Part shown: one piece after another, positions 54,016-64,000 of the stretch
Numbering within the stretch: position 1 is the stretch's first letter
Layout: every line of letters starts with the position of its first letter
Assembly (NCBI GenBank): GCA_964019335.1
Contig: OZ025728.1
Span: forward strand, 1 to 64,000
Length of the DNA: 64,000 nucleotides
Source of the DNA: Diplonema japonicum
Lineage: Eukaryota > Protista > Euglenozoa: Diplonemea
Direction: 5' to 3'
Notes under the pieces: generated by a model
What the model saw: only the letters and a program-made list of their open reading frames with translations
What the model was told of the DNA's origin: nothing
Database searches by the model: none
Position numbers and translations under genes: made by a program

Positions 54016-55344
54016 TTACTCCCGCGCCCTGTCCTTGTACCGTGTACGGACCGCTGCATTCAGCGAGGGGAACAAGCCCACCCCGAATCGGTATAGAAAC
54101 CCGTCGCAGGTTATCCCAAAGTGGGTCGCTGTCCTGTTGACGGGACTTCTTCTTGAGCAAAGGGGCAGCTTGACGCGATGCTGGTCAGGGCGGATGTACC
54201 GAGAGAGGAACGACCGCTTGAAGGTACAGCGTATGAAGTGCAAGATGGTGGACCCGTGGGGCATGAAGAGCGCGTTCTGCTCATTAGCACCGCCTATGGT
54301 GATATACACATCGAAGGTAGAGAAGAGCTCCACTTGCTCGCGGAAGGTGGCTGGCATTTTGTGTACAATCTTCAGCCCGCCAAGCCCTTCTTGAGCCATT
54401 GCTGTTCGAAGGCATTCAGGTAATATCACGTCAGAGCCCTCGTGGCTGAGCAGTCTCCTGGAACCCTCCCTGCCGTAGTACGCTACCACCAGCTTGGCTT
54501 TCAGCGTGGGGTCGTGAAGATTGTACTGTTTGTAGAACTTTGCCTTGATGTCCGAAGAAACGGCTTCCCACCCGCCTGGAACACCTTGAACAGCATTGTG
54601 AAGCGAGCCGACCTTGCGGGGGACCAATAGTGATTCGGTGCACATGACACACCTTTCCCCGTGGCACTCCGTTGAGGTCTCGTCAGGCATGATTAAGAGT
54701 TCAGTTATGTTGTGCTGCATAAGCGCGACCTTTAAGAACCCGCGTAGCCACGCCCCGCCGTGTGCTGTGCCTTTTGCCGTGTCGTTCGGGACAAGCCATG
54801 TCATGACCTTCGGAAGCTGCCCTGAAGAGAATGGGGGTGCACCCCTAACCGCCATGAACAGTGCTACCCAAAATGAGAAGTATCCATCAAAGAAGGTGTG
54901 AACAGGGTTATGCCCCATTGTGTAGGTCATGGGAGCGACGAGGATCGGGGTTGGTGTTGTGCAGCACACACCGTTGCCAGCAACGCCACGAGGCGGTTCT
55001 TCCCATTCAGGTAAAACCTGCACCAGCATCTCACGAAGATTGTGAACCCTACCCTTTCCAAACACCCTGTAGTAGTTGCTGCACACGTTTCGTAACACGG
55101 CCAACGGTCTGTTTTCACCGTAGCCATAATTCAATATCTCGCCCCTCGAGACGTGAAGAGGTGTTCTGCTAACCCACGACACTGGGCACATGCCGCAGTC
55201 AGAGGGCGTCGGGACTGTGATTGTAGTGTTTTCAGAGAGTGGTATCATCGGGTGGGCAACGTCTTCTCTGCTGTTGTTCCATAAGGCAGCGCATGCTGCT
55301 AGGCCACCTATCACAGTCATCGCCCAGCGGAGGAGCATCGGCAT
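54016..55344 (-). CDS. Glycosyltransferase family 61-like type II membrane protein
   Basis: N-terminal anchor; NPVHTFFD; TFREQVELFSTFDVYITIGGANEQNALFMPHGS. Confidence 0.75.
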   Translation of the reverse strand: MPMLLRWAMTVIGGLAACAALWNNSREDVAHPMIPLSENTTITVPTPSDCGMCPVSWVSRTPLHVSRGEILNYGYGENRPLAVLRNVCSNYYRVFGKGRVHNLREMLVQVLPEWEEPPRGVAGNGVCCTTPTPILVAPMTYTMGHNPVHTFFDGYFSFWVALFMAVRGAPPFSSGQLPKVMTWLVPNDTAKGTAHGGAWLRGFLKVALMQHNITELLIMPDETSTECHGERCVMCTESLLVPRKVGSLHNAVQGVPGGWEAVSSDIKAKFYKQYNLHDPTLKAKLVVAYYGREGSRRLLSHEGSDVILPECLRTAMAQEGLGGLKIVHKMPATFREQVELFSTFDVYITIGGANEQNALFMPHGSTILHFIRCTFKRSFLSRYIRPDQHRVKLPLCSRRSPVNRTATHFGITCDGFLYRFGVGLFPSLNAAVRTRYKDRARE

Positions 55345-55646
55345 TTCTTTTCTTTTTTCTTTTTTTTTTTGTGTGTAAATGAGACCTTCCAGTTTTTCTT
55401 TTTTTAAACAAACGCTAATTTTCACCGGGAAAAAAAAAAAAAAAAATCTTGAAACAAAAAAAAAAAAAAAAAATACGAAAAAAAAAAAAAGAAAAAATCT
55501 TGGGGTATTTGAAGAAAGAACAAAAAGTAGATACATCATCAAGGGGGGAGGGGAGTGGGGAGGAATGTAGGAGGGGGGGGAAAAAATTTCTTTTCTCCAA
55601 AAAAATTTCTTTTTTTTTTCTCCTTCTTTTTTTTTTTTTGTGTTCG

Positions 55647-56423
55647 TCAATATGTATCATCATACACGTAAATAATCTTTTTGGACATTTTCGCGATAGC
55701 TTTCTCAAGCTGTTCGAGCTCCGCTTCGAGGGCTTCCTTTCGCTGCACTTTCGAGATGGTGTCCAACGAGAAGGTAATAGCAAGGTACTGACGGTGGACA
55801 GCCTCCCATTTCTCCTTCATCTTCTTGATGAGGTCGTTCTTATCCTCCTCAGGTATTTCATACATCCGTTCGTAACTGCCTGGCCCATGAAGATGCGCAA
55901 GATGCTCGTTTTCGGACTTAATTTCATTTTTGACCCTTGTGAGGTATGAGGGGACCTTTCCGTAGTTCTTTAGCTGGGTTGCGGGGATGGATTCGGGCTT
56001 TGGCCGTTTTGGGGCCATCATGATGTTATCAACGGCATTCGCGATGACGAAGTTTCTCTCTGTTATAAGGCCCATGACGGGTTTGTCTGTTCTTTTGGGG
56101 ACAGACGGGAGTTTAGTGTTTTGCTTCCCTTTTACAGATTTAACCGCGGGTAAGCTTGTGGGCCTGCCGCTACACTTCTTCTTCAAAAACAGTTTCGGCT
56201 CGGGATAAGAACTAACAGCCCCCATCCCAGCCGAGCTCTTTAGCTTCCCAGCATCGTTAACCATCTCCTCCCCAGTACAATTTGCCTGCAGCTTCCCCGT
56301 TCCTGTCACGCCAAATGTAGAATACGACGGTGCTAGCTTCCCATTATGCCGAGATCTCCACATTGGTGGCTTATCTCGGCTCACTTCCGGTTGCGGAAGC
56401 AAGTTATAAATGCTTTCTTCCAT
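55647..56423 (-). CDS. ENKUR: Enkurin (flagellar calmodulin-binding protein)
   Basis: EESIYNLLP, NFVIANAVDNI, YGKVPSYL, KWEAVHRQY, RKEALEAELEQLEKAI. Confidence 0.9.
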   Translation of the reverse strand: MEESIYNLLPQPEVSRDKPPMWRSRHNGKLAPSYSTFGVTGTGKLQANCTGEEMVNDAGKLKSSAGMGAVSSYPEPKLFLKKKCSGRPTSLPAVKSVKGKQNTKLPSVPKRTDKPVMGLITERNFVIANAVDNIMMAPKRPKPESIPATQLKNYGKVPSYLTRVKNEIKSENEHLAHLHGPGSYERMYEIPEEDKNDLIKKMKEKWEAVHRQYLAITFSLDTISKVQRKEALEAELEQLEKAIAKMSKKIIYVYDDTY

Positions 56424-56904
56424 TTTTTTTTCTTTTTTTTTTTCCCTTCAGCCTTAAATGTTAGAAAAAAAGAAAACAAAAAATAAAAAAATAAAAAAAC
56501 GTATGGGGGGGGGGGGTATGGGAAATGGTTAGAAGAAAAAAAAAAAAAAAGAAACACACACTTCTTTTTCTTTTCATACCCCCACCACGACATCCTTTTT
56601 TTTCTCTTTTGTTTCCCCCCTATAGAAAAAAAATAAACCGCTCGATTGAAGGAAAAAAAAAAAAAAAAAAGAGGAAAGAGGGGGAAACAATAATTAGGCG
56701 GGGTTATTCTTTGTCTGTTTGCAACGGTTGCAAAACCTTTTTCTTTTCTTTCCTTCCTTTTCTTTTTCCTTTCTTTTCTCCCCCCCCCTTAATAAAAAAA
56801 CATTCCTCTGACAACTACAACGACAAAAGAAAAAAGGTGCTTCTCTTCACAAAAAAAAACAATCCCCCCCCCCCCCCCGCTTTTCCCGGTTCTTTTTTTT
56901 TCTA

Positions 56905-59900
56905 TCAACTCGTTCTGAACGCACTGTTCTGAGGAGAGATAAAGATCGACGCCGTCTCGTGCGGTTCAATAATACGCTTATCCTGTTTTTTTTTTTTTCT
57001 TTATTGACAAAAAAAAAATAATAACACACCCCAAGCTTGACTGACATCGAGGGAAGCTGCAGCACACCAGGAAACACAGGAACGAGCTGATAGGTGAACG
57101 TGGCTATGCTCTTTGGAGGGATGTTTGCTGACCACGAGGATCTGCCCGACCAGAGGAAGCGGTGCTCCATGTCGGTTGTCTGATCTGTCGCTTCACAGGT
57201 AACATGCCTCGTTGTGTCTTGCGAAGTGTTCCTCATCCTGACGGTCAGAGGCAGGACCTCACCTATCTGGCCGGCCCCAGGGATGGTGTATTCTGTCACA
57301 ATCTCCGGTAGCACCACCGCGAAGGGCGGGACATCAACAGTGAATGGGATGCAAGCGTACCCGCTTCCCTCCCGCCGCGCCATCACAACTACGTTGCACC
57401 GCATGTTCGGCAGCTCCGTCGGCTCGATAAGCCATGTTACAGTCACTTCCTCACCGCAACTAAGCACCACGGCGTCGAATGGCTGTTCCGACAGAATCTT
57501 CATTCCTTTAGTCGGAATGGGTTGGACAGCTGTGACTTCGATTCCATACTTCTCCACAGTACATGTTAAGGTCACTGTTAAGGTTGCTGTCTGGTTGAGC
57601 CTCATGGAGGACATCGCAGTTGCCCGTTTGGTCCTGATGCTGTATGGTGTGCACGGTGCCACGACACCAAGCTTTGTGAGATCGTCTGCTTGCTGTTTAC
57701 CTGCTTTCGTCGTTGAATTAAAGCTGCTGTTCGCCACCTCGTTCATCGTGTTGCATTGCAAGCTGTATGATGCGGTGCAGTGCGGGTTCGGGATCGGTGT
57801 GGCAAGGTCGCCCTGCCGCCACCTCATGGAGTCCGCAACTTGTGCTGATATGTTGAACGGGATCTCCACAGACACCTCCAGTCGCTTCAGGATCTCAAGG
57901 TCCTCCTGACTCTTCTCCGTGCTGTACTGTGTGTCCACCGGTAGTGGATGCTTCCCGCACGTTTTGAACTTCATCACTGCCGTGAGCTTCCACACCCCAC
58001 CCATTGGGATGTTCCCTACTTGGTACTTCTTGTTCACCACACTCGCGCTGTTTTCTCCATCAAACAAACCTCCGCTGCTTACTTCCTCCGTGCAGATTAC
58101 CTCCTCATCGTCCTCTCGGTACGCATCAAGTATCGTGAAGTCTTGGCTTCCCTATAGTTTTTTTTTTTTTTTTTTTTTTCTTTTAGGGAATAGTACATAC
58201 CCGTATGGTGATGGAACCTGTCGAGACCTCGTCGTCGCCTGCTGCGACAAGGATCTCAACTGGGTACGGCTCGTTGAGCAGTGCTGGGGGGCTGTGAGAA
58301 GAATAATATCGTTAGGAAATGTAACCATACTCGTGGTGCAGTGTGACGACCATCTTGGGCACCGACTTCATGACCTTGACGGCAGGCCTGTCGACGAAGG
58401 AGGACCCCATGAGGCCATATCCCTCGTCTGGGAAACGCGTCTCTGTGTAGTCAGGGTAGCTCGAGCCCAGCGCTTCCGTCACAAGCCTGTTGATGAGCTC
58501 AGAGCACTGCCCTATCTCTCGTGAGAGGGACAGCACGCCGTCCTCCACGTGCAAGACGATCTCCTTCATTTTAACGACGCACGCTTCTTTGAAGGTGATG
58601 GGGATGTCGAGGATGCAGGGATGGCCCGCGGTGACGGTAGCTTCTTCTTCCAGGTGGTGAGTGAAGCACAGGTGGTCCTGGTGGAACCTCACTTCCACGC
58701 TATTTATCCTGATGGGGAAAACAGCTTTTGTCGCTGCACGGATGCGGATAAACGTCTCGTTGTGCACCTGCACTGTGGGCTTCGCGAATTGCACCATGAC
58801 AGACATGAAGGGGTGGCTCATGTCTACGGACACCACGGGCGGTGTGTCCGGCCTTGTCAGCGCCCTTCCCAATGAGCTGTCAGCGCCCCCGCCCTTAAGC
58901 CAGTCCACGATAACGCTGTACAAACTCGTCTTCACACCAGGCAGCACCATGTACCTCACTGCTGCGTCCAGGTACTCCCTCAACGCTTCCCTCTTCATCC
59001 CACATTCCATCAGTAGCTTCAGCACTATTTCGCTCAGCCCTGGCCACTGGCTCTTCTGCAGATACTCATACACTCCTTCTAGCTCCTCTCTCGCTTGCTC
59101 CCACCTCTCGAGGTCCACATGGCACCTGGCTATCACCATCGACAGATTGTGGTGCACCAACTGCCTGCTCTCTGGTGTTGCCTTCTTCGCCCTGATACAT
59201 AACACAATCGCCTCTTCTTCGTACGGTACCTCCTCTTCCCTCTCCAGCAGCTTGCTCAGAAACATGTCCTCTGAACCACCCCACGGCTGTCCAACATACA
59301 GCGGTCTCACGGGAGGCGCGCCAGACGTACCACCATGGTCAGTTGATAGCAAGTACTTCACGTATGCCCTGCGCTGCAGGACTGCAGTGGCGGAGGCGTG
59401 GTAGTGATAGCCCATGGTGCCGTACTCTGTGTCAGCGGTGATGCCTGCCTCAGCGAGCATTCCTGCAAAGTGCTCGTGCTGTCTGGCGACCGCCACGTGG
59501 TGGAGAAGAACTGCAGAGGGAAGGGCCAGGACGGACCCACTGTCGCCCCCAACTGCACCGTATCCACCAGACGACTGCGACACTGCCTCCCTCTCCCTAT
59601 CCCCGCTCGTGACGGACGGGGACCCGTACCTCCGAAGGGGTGATGTGAGGGACACAGAGTCACCACTGATCGACGATTTGTGCTTCCCGGTGGGCTTCGC
59701 GAAAGCCTGCTCAGCATCTCTGTACCATGACATGTGGTCTTTAAAAAGCTTCACGGCTGTCGTTACCTTGTTACCCTCGTCGTGAAGGAGGCGCAGGGCG
59801 CAGGTGCGCTGTATGACAATCTCTGCAACCGTTTTTATCTCAGTCATGCTGAACTGGTCTGGCGAGAGGCCTCGGATGTGGTCGTAGCACTGCCCGTAGT

Positions 59901-60630
59901 AGCGCAGGGCAAGGTCCGTCTGGCCCCGTATTTCAAAATAGTAGGCGACCTTGAACCTGTGGCGGGGCTGCAGCGTGCGATGGACCGTCTCCTTAAGCTT
60001 CTTGACCTTCTTAGCCTCGTCTTTGTAGTATTGAAGGGAGAAGTCTATTGTAATTTGAAGCACACGTTTTGCGCCCTCGATGGTCCCTCGCGAGAGGTGC
60101 AGGAGGGCGACGTTCTTGATGGCTTCAAGGTCGCACTTTTTTTTCAGTGAAGACTGGCAGGTCTCAGCCTTGTCGTAGAGGGGGAGGCGTTCGGCGTTTG
60201 TGGTCACAATGATCAGGATTTTGGTTTGCCTGCCTTTCAACTGCTGTTTCAGCCTCTCCACGGTGGCCTCCGCAGTGGATTCAAAGGCTTCTCTCCCGCT
60301 AGCTGCATCGATGTCGAGCAAGAGCATGATGCACCCAAACACGTCTTGCTGATGTTTTCTGCACCAGTCGGCCTTTAAGATGCCTGTAGGGATGTACCCG
60401 TCGTAGTTTCTTCTGTCCTTTTTCTTTCGAAGTTTTTCAATGCTGTCCACCTGGCTCAGACTAAAAGCCACACCGGGGTATTGCTGTTGTTGCATGAGCT
60501 CGCAGATACGAGAGTGCGCCTCCATGTTGCCCACCATAGCCATCGTGGGCACCGGCCGGGATTTATTCAGGTACCATTCCAGACCCCCTTCGTCGAGAGC
60601 CCCCGAAACGCATGCCTTAGGGGCCGCCAT
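56905..60630 (-). CDS. TRAPPC11: Trafficking protein particle complex subunit 11 (foie gras / Gryzun), multi-exon
   Basis: YIPTGILKADWCRKH, RHRFKVAYYFE..G..DLALRYY..CY, EIKTVAE, C-terminal YQLVPVFPGVLQLP. Short GT-AG introns near 58320-58290, 58200-58153 and 57030-56983. Confidence 0.85.
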
Positions 60631-61203
60631 TTTTGCGGAGTGCCCCCCCTACCTGAAGATTGTGAAAACAACGACTATAGCAAAAAAAAAAAAAAAAAAA
60701 AAAAAAAATACGTAAGGAGGAAAAGGAAGAACTCAGCTGGAAAAAAAAAACTTTACGACGATTGAGAAGGTTAAAAAGAAACGGGAACAGAGGGGTGAGA
60801 AGAAAAGCGAGAAAAAAAAGGGGGGGGGCCTTTGCTTTTTATTTGTTTCTTGCGTTCCATAATTCGTTGCGGATTACGCCTTTCCCCCCCCCTTCCACGC
60901 AACACTTACTGGGCGCAACATATCCGTTATCTGTATCGTCGCACTTCTCACCTTTTCTTTTTTTTTTTTAAAAAGTTATTCTTTCTCTTCATTTCTCAAA
61001 CTCTCGCTAATGGCTCCAGCTGATGGTTCTTGCCTCTTTTTTCTTTCTTTTTTTTTTCTTTTCTTCTTTCTTCTTTCTTCCCTCTTTATACTACCAAAAC
61101 ACCTTTCTTTCTCTTTTCTTTTTTATCATTTTTCTTTGCGATCAAAGAAGGCCGTAAAAAAAGCAAAAAAAAAAAAAAAAAAAAAAATCTTTCTTTATAA
61201 AAG

Positions 61204-61285
61204 ATAAAGGAGCCAGTGTTGGTGGCGCCCTGACTACTTGATTACAATGGGCCGAGTAGCCAAAAAAGATTCTACGCTCGTGCAG
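61204..61285 (-). mobile_element. Highly decayed 3' remnant of the ribozyme SINE
   Basis: TAAAGGAGCCAGTGTTGGTGGCGCCCTG...CTACTTGATTACA...AAGATTCTACGCTCGTGCAG. Confidence 0.75.
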
Positions 61286-61299
61286 TAGAAAGGAAAAAA

Positions 61300-61560
61300 C
61301 TCATAGTAAAAGACAACCCCACTGGAGGACAGCCTCTTGTGGTGTGAGTTCCTATCTATTAATGCTCCCCTTCTGGAGCATAGCCTTCGTTCCTATTGTC
61401 GCCTTTAAAGCTTTTCGTAGTTCCGACACGCGGTCTTTCTTGTTATGTCCCTTTCAACTCCTGTAGCTTTTGCGCCGTCTGTCTTGATGCGAAGATGCGG
61501 TCTCCTATTAAGCCTATTGCAGCCTTGCCTCCGATTGCTGTGAGCGACTTGACCCTCTTT
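61300..61560 (-). mobile_element. 3' fragment of LINE family B
   Basis: Translates (one frameshift) KRVKSLTAIGGKAAIG...RVSELRKALKATIGTKAMLQKGSINR*, matching 20974-21180. It ends ACTATGAG plus T-run. Confidence 0.85.
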
Positions 61561-61614
61561 AAAAAAAAAAAAAATAAAAAAAAAACACACACAGAAATCT
61601 TTTTAGTTTCGCAT

Positions 61615-63230
61615 TCACCTCAAGGGCGACCCGCTAAGGGCACCCTGCGTGGCATCGCCACCCTGGTTAGCGGACAGCAGGACGCATGTCTTCGCCGCTG
61701 AAAGGGTAAACACAGCACAGTTCGACAGCGCCCTACAAGAGGAACAGCAAGCGGACGAGGTAGATCCCTTAGTGGAGGATATCACGATGTTGGCAGGAGC
61801 GTTGTAGGCGAAGTTGGAGGTGAAAGCGCATCCTTGCGGTGTGGGGGTCTGCGAGCAGTTGTGCAGCCCAAAGCTAGAGATCACAGGGGTAGGCTCGTTG
61901 GCGGCAGAGAGAGTCACATTGAAGGTGACGGTGGCAGGCCCCTGCACGTACTTCCCAAGCAACACAATTCTTTTGTGCCCAATAGCCGTTTCCGTCACTT
62001 CCACCTTTCCGTTGATGGCCACTGTGTATCCCCTCACAAGCTGCCCCTTCGTCTGGTCTTCTTTGATCACAATTCTGTCGAAGGCAGCCCCCTGCGGCAC
62101 CGTCACACTGAACATGCCTGTCTTGTTCGCCACCTGCACCACAGCGTCGTCGTAGCAGGCCCTCAGCCACGACCCGAACTCCTGGTACCTCTGCACGTGC
62201 GCAGGGAGCAGCGTGCCTGTCTGGTCAGGGGTCCAGTCCAGCAGCAGGTTGGCGTTGATGCCCACTGTGTCGTGGTAGGTCGACACCAGTGCCGACAGCG
62301 ACTTCGGCACCATGTTGGCGTTGAAGAACCAGCACCCACCGTACGGGGCACGGTCCTTCTCAGACACACCAGCGCCTGTCTGGAAGCAGGTGTCAGCCTC
62401 CGCTGGAACGAATACGGCACCGTTAGGCTCGCCCCTCGTGCAGTCGTTTACAGCGCTCGCTGTGGACCAGTAAGGGTACGAGAGGTGGCCTGACTCCGTG
62501 CCGCACCACCTCACCACGTTCTTTCCAGGACCGCCAAAGGCGACGGCGGTGGGCTGCAGCTCTTGGAGGAGCGACGCGATCTCGCTGCCCTTGTCGGAGG
62601 GGTACCCGCCGTCGAACCATACCTCTGCGAGGGGCCCGTAGTTGGTCCACAGCTGGCGGAGGTTCGCGAGGAGGATCTGGTAGTACTGGTCCTGGGTGAT
62701 CTTCGCCTGGCCGGGGATGGTGTTGGGCTGCACCTTCCCGCCAACCACGTTCAGGAAGGCGTTGTTCATTGCACCGTGGTAGAAGCCAGGACGGATACCA
62801 TACTTGTGGCAGCTGTCGACGAACTCACGGGCGATGTCACCAGCACCGTTCTTCCACGGGGAGTGCTTGATGCTGTAGTTATACACGAAATCGAACTCAG
62901 GGAAGGCAGTGTTGGAAGGGAAGGTGTTGAACCCGCACCCGTGCGACACCACCAGCACAGCGTGCTTCGCTCCGTAAGACTTGATGGCCTGGATCCACTG
63001 GTCCGTCGACACGTTGGTCGGGGCGAAGGTGGACGCTGGCGGCAGTGCGATGTAGGAAGCACCCTCTTCCGCGTTGCCCTCAAGCGTCATGGCACCAATA
63101 CCGCAGGACTGAAAGGTCCCCATGTTGAAGTGACCGATGGACGTCAGCTCATCGCTTGCCCACATCAACTGGTCCGGCGTGGGTATCGGTACCCCTAGGA
63201 CCACAGCCGCCATCAGGACGCCTTGAATCA

Positions 63231-63231
<1 letters not shown>
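61615..63231 (-). CDS. Alpha-L-fucosidase (GH29) with C-terminal beta-sandwich and PAN/apple-like module
   Basis: GHFNMGTF, TDQW, AVLVVSHGCGF, YSIKHSPWKNGAGD, EVWFDG, VRWCGTESG, LLLDWTPD..G, IKEDQTKGQLV. Confidence 0.92.
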
Positions 63232-63267
<36 letters not shown>

Positions 63268-63930
63268 GCAACTTGAAATGTTTCTTTGAAAAGTTGTCAT
63301 CACAAAAAAAAAAAAAAAAAAATGAAGGAGGGCGGAAGGGGGGGAACGATTTGGTCTCACCCCGGCCGCTTTTGGTAACTGGGCATTTCCAGGGTTAATC
63401 ATATATCTTAGCTAGGTAAAAAAAAAAAAAAAAACACAGACAGGTCTGGGGGCCTATCCACCGTTATAAAATTTATATGGGAAAAAAAAAGTCCTGAAGC
63501 AGGTGGTTTCTTTTTTTTTTCCCTCTTCTTTCTTCCTTTTTTTCCCTTTTGCCGGTCCGTAGCTTCTCGACTCCTCCTGCGGGTAAAGGAATTCTAAACG
63601 CCGCTGAGGGGCGTTCTTCAGCCCACGGGGCAAGAGGCCACGCTGTTTCGAACGGAATAGGTATTATTAAAAAAAAGAAAGATAAAAAGACAGCGTACAA
63701 ATGGGGGTGCATTTTCTTTTCTATTTTACCGGTGTTTTGAAATCTCGTTCTTGGGGGAGGGAAGGAATTCTCATTTCTCACCAGTTTGCTTTTTTGAGGG
63801 AAAAAAAAAAATGAAAATGTCATGTCTATGCTAACGGATCTATGCTTCCCTTCTGTGCTGAAGGACGCATCGCGAGGGTGGACTTCACTCTGCTGGGTTG
63901 TTGTGCCCCTAGTAGGGCAAAAAAAAAATA

Positions 63931-64000
63931 ATATATGAGTTAAAGGAAGCCGGTGTTGGCGGCGCCCTGCACAAGAACTGTCTACTTGATTACAGGGGGC
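63931..64000 (-). mobile_element. 3' end of another ribozyme-SINE copy (continues beyond the window)
   Basis: 69 of 70 nt identical to 3531-3600, with a different flank. Confidence 0.9.

Noticed and set aside
63850-63900. CACCCTCGCG on the minus strand as an HDV-like core
   Set aside because: P3 is mismatched and no P1.1 GG or J4/2 lies in register.

Overview
Eukaryotic genomic DNA, most likely from a diplonemid (Euglenozoa). A near-perfect diplonemid-type spliced-leader (SL) exon lies at 9715-9750, there is a BILBO1-family gene, and all ~22 recognisable host genes are on the minus strand as one directional cluster with short GT-AG introns and T-rich intergenic tracts. Host genes include a secreted tyrosinase, a Na+/Pi cotransporter fused to a claudin-like membrane domain carrying a phytase-like insert, an S1/P1 nuclease, an acyl-CoA carboxylase beta subunit, a Mib/HERC2-domain protein, an LRR protein, a PrimPol-like primase, a RING protein, a WW protein, a GT61 glycosyltransferase, enkurin, TRAPPC11 and a GH29 alpha-L-fucosidase. 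The most striking content is a retroposon system. (1) An apparently intact 6.2 kb APE-RT LINE (51084->44913) starts with an HDV-like self-cleaving ribozyme fold that contains the ORF1 start codon, and has a 2A-like peptide just before the endonuclease. (2) A 313 bp non-coding element has a different HDV-like ribozyme fold but the same 3' terminal motif, CCTTTAACTCATATAT. (3) A LINE 3' fragment is headed by the SL exon. (4) Many remnants exist, all co-oriented with the genes, ending in T-runs rather than poly(A). All calls come from reading the sequence by eye; no searches or folding programs were run.
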